From sequence record OP595146.1: DNA of 64,000 nt; one strand, written 5' to 3'. Shown here in pieces: positions 46,708 to 56,381 of the stretch. The position numbers were made by a program, and so were the translations under genes. The notes under the pieces are model-generated. The model did no database searches. It had not been told where the DNA came from and saw nothing but the letters and a program-made list of their open reading frames with translations. Source of the DNA: Escherichia phage vB_EcoM_DE17. Every line of letters begins with the position of its first letter. The stretch's first letter is position 1.

Positions 46708-47520
46708 TTAGTGCAGTTGGGCAGTATTAATCTGTGAGTGTTCTTTTTCAGCCATAGCTGAGATTTGCTTAACAAAATCATCACCGAAGTTAATGCGAAG
46801 CTTCTCTTCAATGATTGAAGCACCGATGCTTACCAAAACATCATTGATTGCTTGCATACTCACACCGCCAGTCATTTCCTCAACGAACTCAATGGTTACT
46901 CCCAACATCTGAGAAAGTTGGATTAGTGCAACAATATTCATCATTGTAGAAATAGCTGGAATCATCAGAGCAACCTTCACCTGTAGTGGTTCTACATCAG
47001 CTACAGAATCATCTTTCACAGCTTCTTCTAAAGAATCTTTAGTTTGCTGGATAATCTCTTTGATTCGTGGATTTAACTCTTCTACACCCCAATCAAGTTT
47101 TTCATATCGTGACAGCTTCTCTTCCATGCGCTTCTCAAGAGCAGCCATAACAGCACTCGTTGACGAAATTAACAGGTCAACTAGCTCATTATTATCTAAG
47201 AGCAGTAGTAATTCTTTTTCTTCAGAGGTCATGGCAATATAGTCATTTTTCTGCATCTCATAAAAAATGAACTCTGCAAGAGCATCAACACCTACAACAA
47301 TAGATGCTAAAGCAAGTGTTTTGTCACACAACATCATATTAACCTGTTCTGCAAAAGCACCGTTATCAGACTTGTCTTTAGGCAGGTTATAGCTTGCAGG
47401 TATAAACTGCTCTGTGTAGTTGTTTCCACGAAGAATCATAGCCATGCTTTCTACGGCATTGATTAAGAAAGCTTCGTCAATACCTTTTTCTTCAAGCATC
47501 TGGTCTACAGTAGTATTCAT
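46708..47520 (-). CDS. hypothetical protein
   Basis: 270-aa ORF. Confidence 0.55.
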   Translation of the reverse strand: MNTTVDQMLEEKGIDEAFLINAVESMAMILRGNNYTEQFIPASYNLPKDKSDNGAFAEQVNMMLCDKTLALASIVVGVDALAEFIFYEMQKNDYIAMTSEEKELLLLLDNNELVDLLISSTSAVMAALEKRMEEKLSRYEKLDWGVEELNPRIKEIIQQTKDSLEEAVKDDSVADVEPLQVKVALMIPAISTMMNIVALIQLSQMLGVTIEFVEEMTGGVSMQAINDVLVSIGASIIEEKLRINFGDDFVKQISAMAEKEHSQINTAQLH

Positions 47521-47521
47521 A

Positions 47522-47944
47522 TTATTTCTCTCTCAGTTGGTTAAGTTTCTTTCTAGAACATTTTAAGTTTTCGGATGAAGAAAAGTCAAGTGTCTTTTCA
47601 GAACGTGGATAGTAATGTCTATCCCAAGAAGTTTCAACATCATTAATCAGTGACGCTAGATTACACAGGTCTGTACCACTTTGCAACCTCTTTTTAAGAG
47701 AATCTAGTAAAGCAACTGTGTCTTTAGCTTTACGTCTAGCTGTAGCAACATCTTTCATATGCTCAAATACAGAGCATTTTAAGTCATCTTCATAGTTTTC
47801 AGACAACTCTATTTCATGTTGTATATCAACCATTCTCCTGTGATGGTGAGCATATTCCCGTTGAGCAGCAATGTCAAGTTCTTCCAACTTCTGCAAAGCT
47901 CTAACAAAGTCAGCTATGTCTGGGTGAACAAACATTTTCTGCAT
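47522..47944 (-). CDS. hypothetical protein
   Basis: 140-aa ORF; first gene of the long minus-strand block. Confidence 0.55.
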   Translation of the reverse strand: MQKMFVHPDIADFVRALQKLEELDIAAQREYAHHHRRMVDIQHEIELSENYEDDLKCSVFEHMKDVATARRKAKDTVALLDSLKKRLQSGTDLCNLASLINDVETSWDRHYYPRSEKTLDFSSSENLKCSRKKLNQLREK

Positions 47945-48201
47945 GTAAGCCTCTTTTAAGTAACTATTAAGTTTTAATCTTTTATCTTAACGTATTCTAT
48001 ACGTTATACTTTAAAGCTTTTTAAAAGCTATTAAATAATCTTTTAAGAGTTTTAAAGTATCTGTATAGTTAAACTGTTAAGTAACCTTTTAAGTAAAAAC
48101 CCACTTCGCAAAGATTAACACCTTGTCAAGTACATTGTCAACTTGCTTTTTATAATTTTTTGCAGTAATGTATGAGGTTAATGATTTTAGAGGGAGTAAA
48201 A
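47945..48201. promoter_or_regulatory. divergent AT-rich control region upstream of the polymerase gene
   Basis: Strand-switch point; rich in CTTTTAAG/TTAAGT motifs; TATAAT at 48151-48156 and a GGGAG RBS before the ATG at 48202. Confidence 0.4.
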
Positions 48202-50901
48202 ATGGAAAACGTAGATTTTAAAAACTTACATTTAGTTGGTGATACAGAAACTGATGGTTTACTCCTTGAGTTCACTAAAGTGCACGTAATGGCTTTCGCA
48301 GACTATAAATCTGACGATGAAGAGCCACCTGTATGGGTCTTTACAGATGAGCCTATCCTCGGTCACAAATACACCAAGTACATCAAGGGTGGTTTGCGTG
48401 AAGGTATTGAGTTTGCGTTAAAGGCAAAACGACTTTGCATCCATAATGGTCTGGGTTATGACTGGTGGGTATTCAATCACATTGCACCTGATTTGTGGAA
48501 CTTTGATAATCCAAAGTGTAAACCGTGGAGTAATTTCTTTCAGGATTCTCTTATCCAATCTCGTGTTCAGTGGATGGATAGGCCAACTCCAAAAGGCTAT
48601 AAAGGTGCTCATGGCTTGGCGGCATGGGGTGCTCGTGTTGGTGTCCGTAAACCAGAGATTGAACATTGGGGTGTGTGGAATGCAGAAATCTTCACTCGTG
48701 TTGTAGAAGATATCCGTATTAACGCCAAAACTAAACGTGCACTGGATAATGAATACCTGAAGTTAAAGAAGTGTGGTATAGACACTTATGAAACCTATAT
48801 GCGAGCTAAAGAAACATCTTTCTGGATGAGTCAACAAGCTATCAATGGTTGGAAAGCCGATAAAGAGCTTATGGAGTTCCATGTAAAGGAACTTGACAAG
48901 TTGACTAATGAGCTTGCTTCGGAAGTTGAACCACATCTTCCTCCAACTATTAAGACCAAAGGTAAAGTTACTGGGGAAGAGTTTGCAAAAGCTTGGAATG
49001 AGTATGTTGAAGCATTCGGTCATGCAGATGGACTGAAGAGAATTACCAAGTACCCTAAGACAAAGTATCGTCAACAGGTACGTAACGGTGAGATGCAGAC
49101 ATACGAAATCAAGCCATTTGGTAAGCCAACTACAAAGATTTTTAACATTGAAAAGAGAAATTGCTATACACCAACCAACTCTGTAACTGGTGAAGAGTAC
49201 AAGGAAGGTTTTGTAGCAATGAAGGATGCTCGTGCAATTTGCAACGAGTTGAATGCAAAGATTGGTAAGAAATGCAAAGACTGGAAGCCAGTAAAAACAG
49301 TTAAAACTGTGAAGTACTATAACAGTCATGTTGTTAATCACTTTGAACTAGAGTCAAGTCGCTACACAGGATTGATTGATGCACCATATACACCAATTGA
49401 GTTTGAAGTTTCTCGTATGACTCAGGTAGCAGTTGTTAAAGACTACTTAAAATCAGTTGGTTGGATTCCAGATGACTGGAACTACAAGAAAGACTCAGAT
49501 GGTCGCCCTGTCAAAGTTTGTCGTTTCAAAGACAACAAAAAGATGATTACAAAGCATCCTAAGTGGCAGGAGATGGTGGAACGGTGTGGGTTGAGCTATG
49601 TTGAACACGAAGGTGTCCAGTACATTGAGCATAACTGGTCTGTGAAGAAATACACAGATTTACTTGAGCCTTGCTTAATCCGCACTTCACCAAAACTTAC
49701 TGAATCTTCTTATGATACGATTGAAGGTGAGCTTGGACAGAAGATTGCTAAGTACTATACTTTGATGCACCGACGCAGAACCATTGAGAACTCAAAGGAT
49801 GATGAAAAAGGTTGGCTAAACCAGATTCGTCCTGATGGTCGCCTTAGTGCTGGTGCAATGGTATTTGGTACTTCAACTGGACGTATGACACAATATGGTA
49901 TTGTAAACGTACCGTCTGGTGCTGCTGTCTATGGGGAACCAATGAGGGCAGTGTGGATTTGTGAAGAGGGTACTAACGTTGTCTCTGTAGACATGAACTC
50001 AGCCCAGCTAGTTCTCCTTTGTAACTTTATGGGTGATAAAGACTTCACCAAAGCGGTAACGCAAGGTAAAGAAGAGATTGAGTTTATTCGTCAAGAAGAT
50101 GGACGCTATTACTGCAAACACTTTGATGAGTACCTCAACCCAGAGATTGATAAGTACCTTCGCTATGACTCTGAGAATGACCTGTACGTTGTCTATTCAG
50201 GGACTGATGCACACACACTGAACAGTATTTACTTTAGCTTGAATGATGAGCAGGATATCTTGACTTGTCGAGCCACTCAGGATGAGAATCTTCTCCATGA
50301 GATTAGTAAGGGTCGTAAAAAAGCTAAGAATGGTATCTATGCACTACTGTTCGGTGCAGGTGATGAGAAGTTTGCTAAGACGATTAAAGCTGCAACTACT
50401 CAGGAAGGTGCACTGACTAAACAGACTTACTTTATTCGTTTGCCTAAAATTAAGAAGCTGCTAGATGACTTGGAAGCTGACTACAAAGCGACTAAAAAGG
50501 CACTTGAAGAGGTGTTTGGTAAGACTGCTGCAATCTCTAAAGGAGGATTTGTAAAGGTTGCTGGGGCTTGGTTGTGGTGTAAATCTCCACACAAACTGTT
50601 GAACTATCTTTTGATGGGTTCAGAGGCTCAGATTCAAAATGAGGCAATTAACCTTGCTTGTCGTCGTATGATTGACGAAGGTTTGATGAAGTTGAATGGT
50701 CGTCAACCAGCTATTGGTGCTCGTTTGCTCTGCGCATATCACGATGAAACAAGCTGGGAATGTCCAGAAAGTATGACGGCAGAAGTGAAAGCAGTTACTG
50801 ACTGGTATTATGGACAAGCTTCTAAGAACTTAGGTCTTAAGAAAGAAACACTTGTAACAGGTACTGGTAAGGTTGGTAAAAGCTGGCTTGAAGTGCACTA
50901 A
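48202..50901 (+). CDS. DNA polymerase, family A, with 3'-5' exonuclease domain
   Basis: N-terminal Exo I motif LVGDTETDG; polymerase motif A-like VDMNSAQLVLL and motif C-like AYHDET. Start set to the RBS-preceded ATG at 48202. Confidence 0.85.
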   Translation: MENVDFKNLHLVGDTETDGLLLEFTKVHVMAFADYKSDDEEPPVWVFTDEPILGHKYTKYIKGGLREGIEFALKAKRLCIHNGLGYDWWVFNHIAPDLWNFDNPKCKPWSNFFQDSLIQSRVQWMDRPTPKGYKGAHGLAAWGARVGVRKPEIEHWGVWNAEIFTRVVEDIRINAKTKRALDNEYLKLKKCGIDTYETYMRAKETSFWMSQQAINGWKADKELMEFHVKELDKLTNELASEVEPHLPPTIKTKGKVTGEEFAKAWNEYVEAFGHADGLKRITKYPKTKYRQQVRNGEMQTYEIKPFGKPTTKIFNIEKRNCYTPTNSVTGEEYKEGFVAMKDARAICNELNAKIGKKCKDWKPVKTVKTVKYYNSHVVNHFELESSRYTGLIDAPYTPIEFEVSRMTQVAVVKDYLKSVGWIPDDWNYKKDSDGRPVKVCRFKDNKKMITKHPKWQEMVERCGLSYVEHEGVQYIEHNWSVKKYTDLLEPCLIRTSPKLTESSYDTIEGELGQKIAKYYTLMHRRRTIENSKDDEKGWLNQIRPDGRLSAGAMVFGTSTGRMTQYGIVNVPSGAAVYGEPMRAVWICEEGTNVVSVDMNSAQLVLLCNFMGDKDFTKAVTQGKEEIEFIRQEDGRYYCKHFDEYLNPEIDKYLRYDSENDLYVVYSGTDAHTLNSIYFSLNDEQDILTCRATQDENLLHEISKGRKKAKNGIYALLFGAGDEKFAKTIKAATTQEGALTKQTYFIRLPKIKKLLDDLEADYKATKKALEEVFGKTAAISKGGFVKVAGAWLWCKSPHKLLNYLLMGSEAQIQNEAINLACRRMIDEGLMKLNGRQPAIGARLLCAYHDETSWECPESMTAEVKAVTDWYYGQASKNLGLKKETLVTGTGKVGKSWLEVH

Positions 50902-50962
50902 TTAGTATTGACAAGGTGCTCACGGAAGAGTACCTTATACTGTATCTTGTATAGGAGGTCAT

Positions 50963-51181
50963 ATGACACTTTCAGAGATTGAAGTTCAGTTGCAATGTGC
51001 TGGTTACTCTCAAAAAGAGATTGAAGGGATGTTTATCGTTCTTTGCAGTAGCTGTAGGAATTTGAAGGTAAACCCTGAAGTTCTACGTAGAGTCGATATC
51101 TTTATTGCTGGAGGCAAAATCGCAAAAGACAAGACAGGCTACTTAAAAGGTGAGCGTGTAAACATTGAGAGCTTATTATGA
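50963..51181 (+). CDS. hypothetical small protein (paralog of 51384..51596)
   Basis: 72 aa; shares ...GKIAKDKTGYLKGERVNIESL with the downstream paralog. Confidence 0.5.
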   Translation: MTLSEIEVQLQCAGYSQKEIEGMFIVLCSSCRNLKVNPEVLRRVDIFIAGGKIAKDKTGYLKGERVNIESLL

Positions 51182-51387
51182 GCCACCGTGGAAGAACCCA
51201 TGCAGCGATGATGAAAGGTGCTTCAAAGGAGACTATCAAGAATCGTAAGCAGAAGTTGTTTGAGAGAATGAACAGGTTAATTGACAATTCATCTCTTTCA
51301 GGTTCTGAGAAAGTTTTCTTGAAAGGTAATCTGAAAAGCATTGCACAAGAACTTATTGACATTGAATATTGGAGACACCAAAAATGA
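51178..51387 (+). CDS. hypothetical protein
   Basis: 69-aa ORF. Confidence 0.45.
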   Translation: MSHRGRTHAAMMKGASKETIKNRKQKLFERMNRLIDNSSLSGSEKVFLKGNLKSIAQELIDIEYWRHQK

Positions 51388-51596
51388 CACTTGCAGATGT
51401 TATCCAGCAACTTCACGACAATTGCTATACTCCAGAGTTGATTCAGGAAATGCTTATTGTAGTGATGCCTAGCAAGTTCGTAAAAGGTTTTAATCGTGAC
51501 TCCTTAATGTCTGCGCATATCATTATCGTTGACGGTAAGATTGCAAGGGACCGTACAGGAGTCCTTAAGGGTGAACGTATTAGTATTGACCTCTGA
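51384..51596 (+). CDS. hypothetical small protein (paralog of 50963..51181)
   Basis: Start moved to the ATG at 51384 (ATGA overlap). Confidence 0.5.
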   Translation: MTLADVIQQLHDNCYTPELIQEMLIVVMPSKFVKGFNRDSLMSAHIIIVDGKIARDRTGVLKGERISIDL

Positions 51597-51615
51597 GTAT
51601 TGGGGGGACATCAAA

Positions 51616-51771
51616 ATGAAACGCAAAGTAAAATTATTTAGTTTATATGGAAGAGTCGGTAAAGGTTTTGATTGGCAACTGCTACGTTCAGATGTTAAAA
51701 GCAATGAATTAGCACAGCTTATTATAAACTATCGACGAACGTACAGAGAGGTAGAACATCGTGAACAGTAG
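51616..51771 (+). CDS. hypothetical small protein
   Basis: Start moved to the internal ATG at 51616 to avoid a long overlap. Confidence 0.4.
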   Translation: MKRKVKLFSLYGRVGKGFDWQLLRSDVKSNELAQLIINYRRTYREVEHREQ

Positions 51772-51784
51772 TAGGAGAAGTATT

Positions 51785-52021
51785 ATGTGGAAAGCAGTAA
51801 TTGTGTTTGGTGTTATCTTTCTGTCTGGCTGTAACCCATCTTACGAGGACAAAAACGCTTCTTATAGCCTCCCACCAGAGATGCAAGATTGCAAAGTCTA
51901 TAAGTTAAATGGGGATGCAATAAGCACAGATATTGTTGTTGTCAGATGTCCAAACTCTCAAACGACAACATCTTATAGATATGGTAAAAATAGCCAATCA
52001 CACACTACGGTTATTGAGTGA
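51785..52021 (+). CDS. putative lipoprotein
   Basis: Signal peptide with lipobox FLSGC (MWKAVIVFGVIFLSGCNPSY). Confidence 0.5.
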   Translation: MWKAVIVFGVIFLSGCNPSYEDKNASYSLPPEMQDCKVYKLNGDAISTDIVVVRCPNSQTTTSYRYGKNSQSHTTVIE

Positions 52022-52031
52022 GGTTTTTACG

Positions 52032-52238
52032 ATGCAGGTCTTAATAAACTATATCTACTGTTATGATGTTGTTCACTCCACTACAACGGTAGCTCAACGT
52101 AACCCAATCGTCCCACGAGAGGGTGAGTTGGTTAGAATCGAGGGTTGGACTTACACTGTGGAAAGCATCATTCATAAGTTTGATGTTGCTGGTGATGTTC
52201 AAGTTATTGACGTAGAGATTGGTGGTAAGAGAAAATGA
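52032..52238 (+). CDS. hypothetical protein
   Basis: Start moved to the ATG at 52032. Confidence 0.4.
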   Translation: MQVLINYIYCYDVVHSTTTVAQRNPIVPREGELVRIEGWTYTVESIIHKFDVAGDVQVIDVEIGGKRK

Positions 52239-52438
52239 CTGTAGAAGATAAATTTAAGAACGCAGTTCTTACAGAAGATGGTGAGCTTGAAACATTCATT
52301 CTTCGTGTTGATGGTAAGCTATTCCGGTGTCGTTGTGGGTCAAACTGTTTTCACAAACCTGATAACACAAAGTTAGACATATACGAGTGTAATAACTGTG
52401 GGGTAAGGTTCTTAGGTAAGATTAAGGATATGCAATGA
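52235..52438 (+). CDS. zinc-ribbon small protein (paralog of 52763..52954)
   Basis: 67 aa; CRCGSNCFHKPDNTKLDIYECNNCG. Confidence 0.55.
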   Translation: MTVEDKFKNAVLTEDGELETFILRVDGKLFRCRCGSNCFHKPDNTKLDIYECNNCGVRFLGKIKDMQ

Positions 52439-52701
52439 AGATAACTCAAGAAATGAAGGGATTGTATGAGAAAAGTCTGGTAATCCCTCCAAAGACTAAT
52501 ACTAAGAAATTACTATTTGACTCTTGGTTAGATAGCTCTACATATGGGAAGTACTACCTAAAGGTTATTTCATTTGGTGAAAGACCAGAATCACCAGAAT
52601 TTTATGAGAGCTACATAAATGAGCAAGATAAAAAATGTTTATGTTTCTACGAAAAACACATGGAATTAGTAAATTCAATTAATCACGAAAGAGAGCTTTG
52701 A
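52435..52701 (+). CDS. hypothetical protein
   Basis: 88-aa ORF. Confidence 0.5.
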   Translation: MKITQEMKGLYEKSLVIPPKTNTKKLLFDSWLDSSTYGKYYLKVISFGERPESPEFYESYINEQDKKCLCFYEKHMELVNSINHEREL

Positions 52702-52762
52702 TGGTTGTGCTTGGCACTACTTCTACTCAAAAGGTTGCATAGCTTGTGAGGCAAGAGATAAA

Positions 52763-52954
52763 ATGAACAAAGAAGATAAACATAAAAATGCTGTACGAAC
52801 TCCTGATGGAAAGGTTCAATCCTTCATCCTTACAGTTGGTGGAAAGCCATTTCGTTGCCACTGCGGAGCAAACTGTTTTCATAAACCAGATAAAAATGAC
52901 TTAGAGCTTTACGCATGTAATGCTTGCAATACTTGGTATCACTCAGAGGAATAA
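52763..52954 (+). CDS. zinc-ribbon small protein (paralog of 52235..52438)
   Basis: 63 aa; CHCGANCFHKPDKNDLELYACNACN. Confidence 0.55.
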   Translation: MNKEDKHKNAVRTPDGKVQSFILTVGGKPFRCHCGANCFHKPDKNDLELYACNACNTWYHSEE

Positions 52955-52955
52955 A

Positions 52956-54059
52956 ATGACAATTCTGTACAAACAAAATAAAGATAACTCTTTTAACGTC
53001 TGGTCATGCGTTGCTGTAGGTGACAAAGTTATTACAACCTACGGTAAAGAAAATGGCAAGATGATGTTTGAAGAGTATACAGCAGAACCTAAAAACATCG
53101 GTAAAAAGAACGAGCGTAACGCTGAACAGCAAGCTCTCTTTGAAGTCGCTGCTAAGTATAAAAAGCAAGTTGACCGCAAAGGTTATGCTTACACAAAAGA
53201 ATCTGCACAGAATACTGAGAAGGTAGGTGTGCAGCTTGCTCATGATGCTGCAAAGGTTAGTCATGCAAAGTATCTGAAGTTCCCTGCTGATGCTCAACCG
53301 AAACTTGATGGTGTCCGTTGTAGGATTTCAAGGCACTTAAGTATTGGCAGTGTATTCACAGCATACTCTCGTGAAAATACTGTTTACAAAATCCCTACTG
53401 AACTAATACCTGATATTATGGCAATGTTAAGGCTCCACAAAGATGTTGATGAATTTGATGGAGAGATTTATGCTCATGGGTGGGACTTAGAAGATATTGT
53501 CTCTATGATTAAAAATGAAGACAATCCTGACCGTCATCTACTTAAGTTTTACTGGTATGATATCTGTGACAGTACTAAGACGTGGCCTGAGCGTAGAGAT
53601 ATTATTGAGACTTCACCATTGAATGACTTTAGAGACGGCTGTAAAGTTGTTCCTGTTAAGTCTCGTCGTGTAAATTCTTGGGAAGAGTTTGATGAAGCTC
53701 ATGATAAGTGGGTTGAAGCTAAGTTTGAAGGTGCAATGTACCGTTCAATCTCTGAAGACTCCTTCTATGAGTGCTGTCACCGTTCATACTTCTTGATTAA
53801 GCACAAGAAGATGCACACTGAAGAGTTTAAAGTGACTGGTGTAAAGACTGATAAGCGTGGTCATGGCAAGTTCGTTGTAGAGACTCTTCCTAACGTCTTT
53901 GTAGATGTCTCATGGAAGACTACTCATGAGAAGAAACAGTATCTTGCTGAGCATCCTGAAGAGTTTATTGGGAAGCCTTTAACGGTTCAGTTCCAGAAGA
54001 TGACTCGTAAGGGTTCTTTACAGTTCCCTGTTGGGCTAGTTATCAGGGATTACGAATAA
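52956..54059 (+). CDS. ATP-dependent DNA ligase
   Basis: Adenylation motif I KLDGVR (QPKLDGVRC); size matches T7-type ligases. Start set to the GAGGA-preceded ATG at 52956. Confidence 0.8.
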   Translation: MTILYKQNKDNSFNVWSCVAVGDKVITTYGKENGKMMFEEYTAEPKNIGKKNERNAEQQALFEVAAKYKKQVDRKGYAYTKESAQNTEKVGVQLAHDAAKVSHAKYLKFPADAQPKLDGVRCRISRHLSIGSVFTAYSRENTVYKIPTELIPDIMAMLRLHKDVDEFDGEIYAHGWDLEDIVSMIKNEDNPDRHLLKFYWYDICDSTKTWPERRDIIETSPLNDFRDGCKVVPVKSRRVNSWEEFDEAHDKWVEAKFEGAMYRSISEDSFYECCHRSYFLIKHKKMHTEEFKVTGVKTDKRGHGKFVVETLPNVFVDVSWKTTHEKKQYLAEHPEEFIGKPLTVQFQKMTRKGSLQFPVGLVIRDYE

Positions 54060-54065
54060 AAGTTG

Positions 54066-54093
54066 TTGACATAGAAAATTTGGTGAGTATACT
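54066..54093 (+). promoter_or_regulatory. sigma70-like promoter (TTGACA-16 nt-TATACT)
   Basis: Consensus -35 hexamer and near-consensus -10 with 16-nt spacer; the -10 overlaps the left arm of an 8-bp inverted repeat (GGTGAGTA ... TACTCACC). Confidence 0.4.
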
Positions 54094-54340
54094 GAGCAGC
54101 ATAAACTAACAGGTACTCACCAGCATCACTTAAGAGTCTTTTAAGAGGGTTTTAAGTAATGTATTGCACGGCAAGGCGATGTGAAGTCTGGTTTTGCATG
54201 GTGTGGTCTGGTATGGAAGGATGGCAGTAGCCTTATAAAAAATCTGCCAAATAAGCTATAAAATCTGTTGACAAGTCAGGTGTTATAGCTTATTTTTATG
54301 CTCAATGTAATACAAAATTTAATATAACTTTGAGGTCATT

Positions 54341-54724
54341 ATGAAAAAGATTTTATTAGCTGCTGCAATGGTTATGTCAATGAATTTACCAGTCAATGCA
54401 ACAGAACTCCCAAATGTGGACTTATCAGGTGTTCCAGAAGACACTTGTCAGATTGTTAAAGGTGTTGCTTTGACTAATGGTGAGTTACTTAAACCAATCT
54501 CTGAAGAGTCTTTAACAGAGATGACTGATAAGGTAACTGACTATCAGTATCGTGTTCTTGCAGAGTATTTCCTGCAATCTGCAAATATTAAAGAGAAGCA
54601 CCCTGATGATATTGATGTACAGGCTATGCTCAATCATCGTATTCAGTTTAAAGAAGATTTGATGCAAAAAGCTATGTATGGTGTTGAGTATTTCTTAGAA
54701 AACAGAAGCTGCACAGGTATTTGA
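54341..54724 (+). CDS. secreted/periplasmic hypothetical protein
   Basis: 127 aa; signal peptide MKKILLAAAMVMSMNLPVNA. Confidence 0.55.
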   Translation: MKKILLAAAMVMSMNLPVNATELPNVDLSGVPEDTCQIVKGVALTNGELLKPISEESLTEMTDKVTDYQYRVLAEYFLQSANIKEKHPDDIDVQAMLNHRIQFKEDLMQKAMYGVEYFLENRSCTGI

Positions 54725-54725
54725 T

Positions 54726-54938
54726 ATGGCTCTTAAAAAGTTACATCCTAGAAGTGGTTATGGTAAGATAATTGATGATACAGACGGCTTTACAGTCTTT
54801 ACAGTTATCTGTCAAGATGATTCACAGATTGAAAAGGCTCTTGATGATTATCTTAACGATGAACGTGAAAAGGTTAGGGCTACAAACATAGATTCATTGA
54901 TTGACACTTCACGCAAACGGAAGAAGAAAGATGAATGA
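54726..54938 (+). CDS. hypothetical protein
   Basis: 70-aa ORF. Confidence 0.5.
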   Translation: MALKKLHPRSGYGKIIDDTDGFTVFTVICQDDSQIEKALDDYLNDEREKVRATNIDSLIDTSRKRKKKDE

Positions 54939-55230
54939 GACTTTTGACCCTTATGCTCCACAAGATGATTGGGAGGCTGACAGAGAGGTTGAAATGGAGA
55001 GTTATATTTGTCCAATGGATGTAGACGAAATGAGAGATTTCGTTGCACATCGTTTTAAGAGAGAGATTAAATCCAGAGGTCTTTCTCAAGAGCAAGTTGC
55101 TAAAATTTGTGGTATCTCTCAGGCTCGCGTATCCAACATAATCCACCTCACTGGTAATGTCTCCCTTGAGTATATGTTGGAAGTATGCGAAAAATTTGGT
55201 GTTAATTTTAATTTAAGGCTGGCAGATTAA
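54930..55230 (+). CDS. helix-turn-helix DNA-binding protein
   Basis: LSQEQVAKICGISQARVSNI is a typical HTH; start set to the ATG at 54930 (the track ORF begins at a TTG). Confidence 0.5.
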
Positions 55231-55231
55231 T

Positions 55232-55591
55232 ATGAAACGTGAAAATATTATCCACTCTGAAAACTTCGCATTAGGCTTTTATGGTGTACCTACTCACCTT
55301 GAAAAGTATTATGGTGTGAAGATTCTTTCCAATCTCATTATTGCTTATAAAGATGGTAAGATTAAGCATACTGAGAAGAAACGTGTCATGGGTTATATGG
55401 CTGTAGGTTCAGCAATCTCAAACATTAAGCTGGAAACAACTAGTAGCCAGATTGTAAAAGACCACTTCATCAAAGAGCTTTACCACAATCTTGATGGTGT
55501 AGCTGTTCAGGCTGTTTGGCTGGATGTTGATGGTCACAATTACACAAGCTTCGTTTTCAAAAATGATGACATTAAGTGTCTGTTCCCATAA
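55232..55591 (+). CDS. hypothetical protein
   Basis: 119-aa ORF. Confidence 0.5.
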   Translation: MKRENIIHSENFALGFYGVPTHLEKYYGVKILSNLIIAYKDGKIKHTEKKRVMGYMAVGSAISNIKLETTSSQIVKDHFIKELYHNLDGVAVQAVWLDVDGHNYTSFVFKNDDIKCLFP

Positions 55592-55604
55592 TAGGTGATT
55601 AACT

Positions 55605-56120
55605 ATGATTGATGTCTACTTACAAGATGCTCATGCAGATTTCCTTAAAGTGATGCTTAAAAAGTTTATGGCTTCACAGTGTGAGAATGAAGCATCTTTT
55701 AAAATAGTTACATGTGGCGATGAAGCTGGTTTTGTTGAGATTGAACATGAAGGTACTGGAAAGATTGTTTGTAAGTTACCTGATAGTATGTTCTCTAACA
55801 CATTCTTAACAAAGACTAGTATAAATGTTAAGCTTGTACCTCAGATTGAAACATACTCTGGTACAGATTACCCTAAAGGTTTTAAGTCACTGATGAAGTA
55901 CTTCTTAGATGACTTTGTGAGTAATCTTCTGAGAGAGGTAAAAGAAAGTCGTACAGTGTTGACTGTAGAGAACATGGGAGGAACTATCAGGGTTACTTCT
56001 GACTGTTTTGTTATGAGCCTCTTCGACTTCGTTCCTAAGAACTTTGATGGTATTCTGGATGAAGAAGATGACTGTGTAGATTTTATATTGGTTCTTGAAC
56101 CAGTTTTTGAGGTTAAATAA
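55605..56120 (+). CDS. hypothetical protein
   Basis: 171-aa ORF. Confidence 0.55.
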   Translation: MIDVYLQDAHADFLKVMLKKFMASQCENEASFKIVTCGDEAGFVEIEHEGTGKIVCKLPDSMFSNTFLTKTSINVKLVPQIETYSGTDYPKGFKSLMKYFLDDFVSNLLREVKESRTVLTVENMGGTIRVTSDCFVMSLFDFVPKNFDGILDEEDDCVDFILVLEPVFEVK

Positions 56121-56381
56121 ATGAAAATTGAACACTGCTATGAGTCTGACGGAGCACCTATCCGTTGTCCACATTGTGGATGCACAGACTTACAAGGTGA
56201 GGTAAGTGAAATAGTCAACGGTCATATTGCTGAAGAGAGTACAAGGTGTACAGGGTGTAGTGAAGTTATTGCTTTCTGGGCTTATGGTTCATACCAGCCT
56301 ACGCCACACTTAATCTACCATAGCAATAAAGCTGTGAAGAATGTTATCAACTGGTTCATTAAGAAAGGGTTTACAAAATGA
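56121..56381 (+). CDS. small zinc-ribbon protein
   Basis: 86 aa; CPHCGC ... CTGCS. Confidence 0.5.
   Translation: MKIEHCYESDGAPIRCPHCGCTDLQGEVSEIVNGHIAEESTRCTGCSEVIAFWAYGSYQPTPHLIYHSNKAVKNVINWFIKKGFTK

Noticed and set aside
48763-49341. 192-aa minus-strand ORF
   Set aside because: Lies wholly inside and antisense to the DNA polymerase gene; hydrophobic low-complexity translation.
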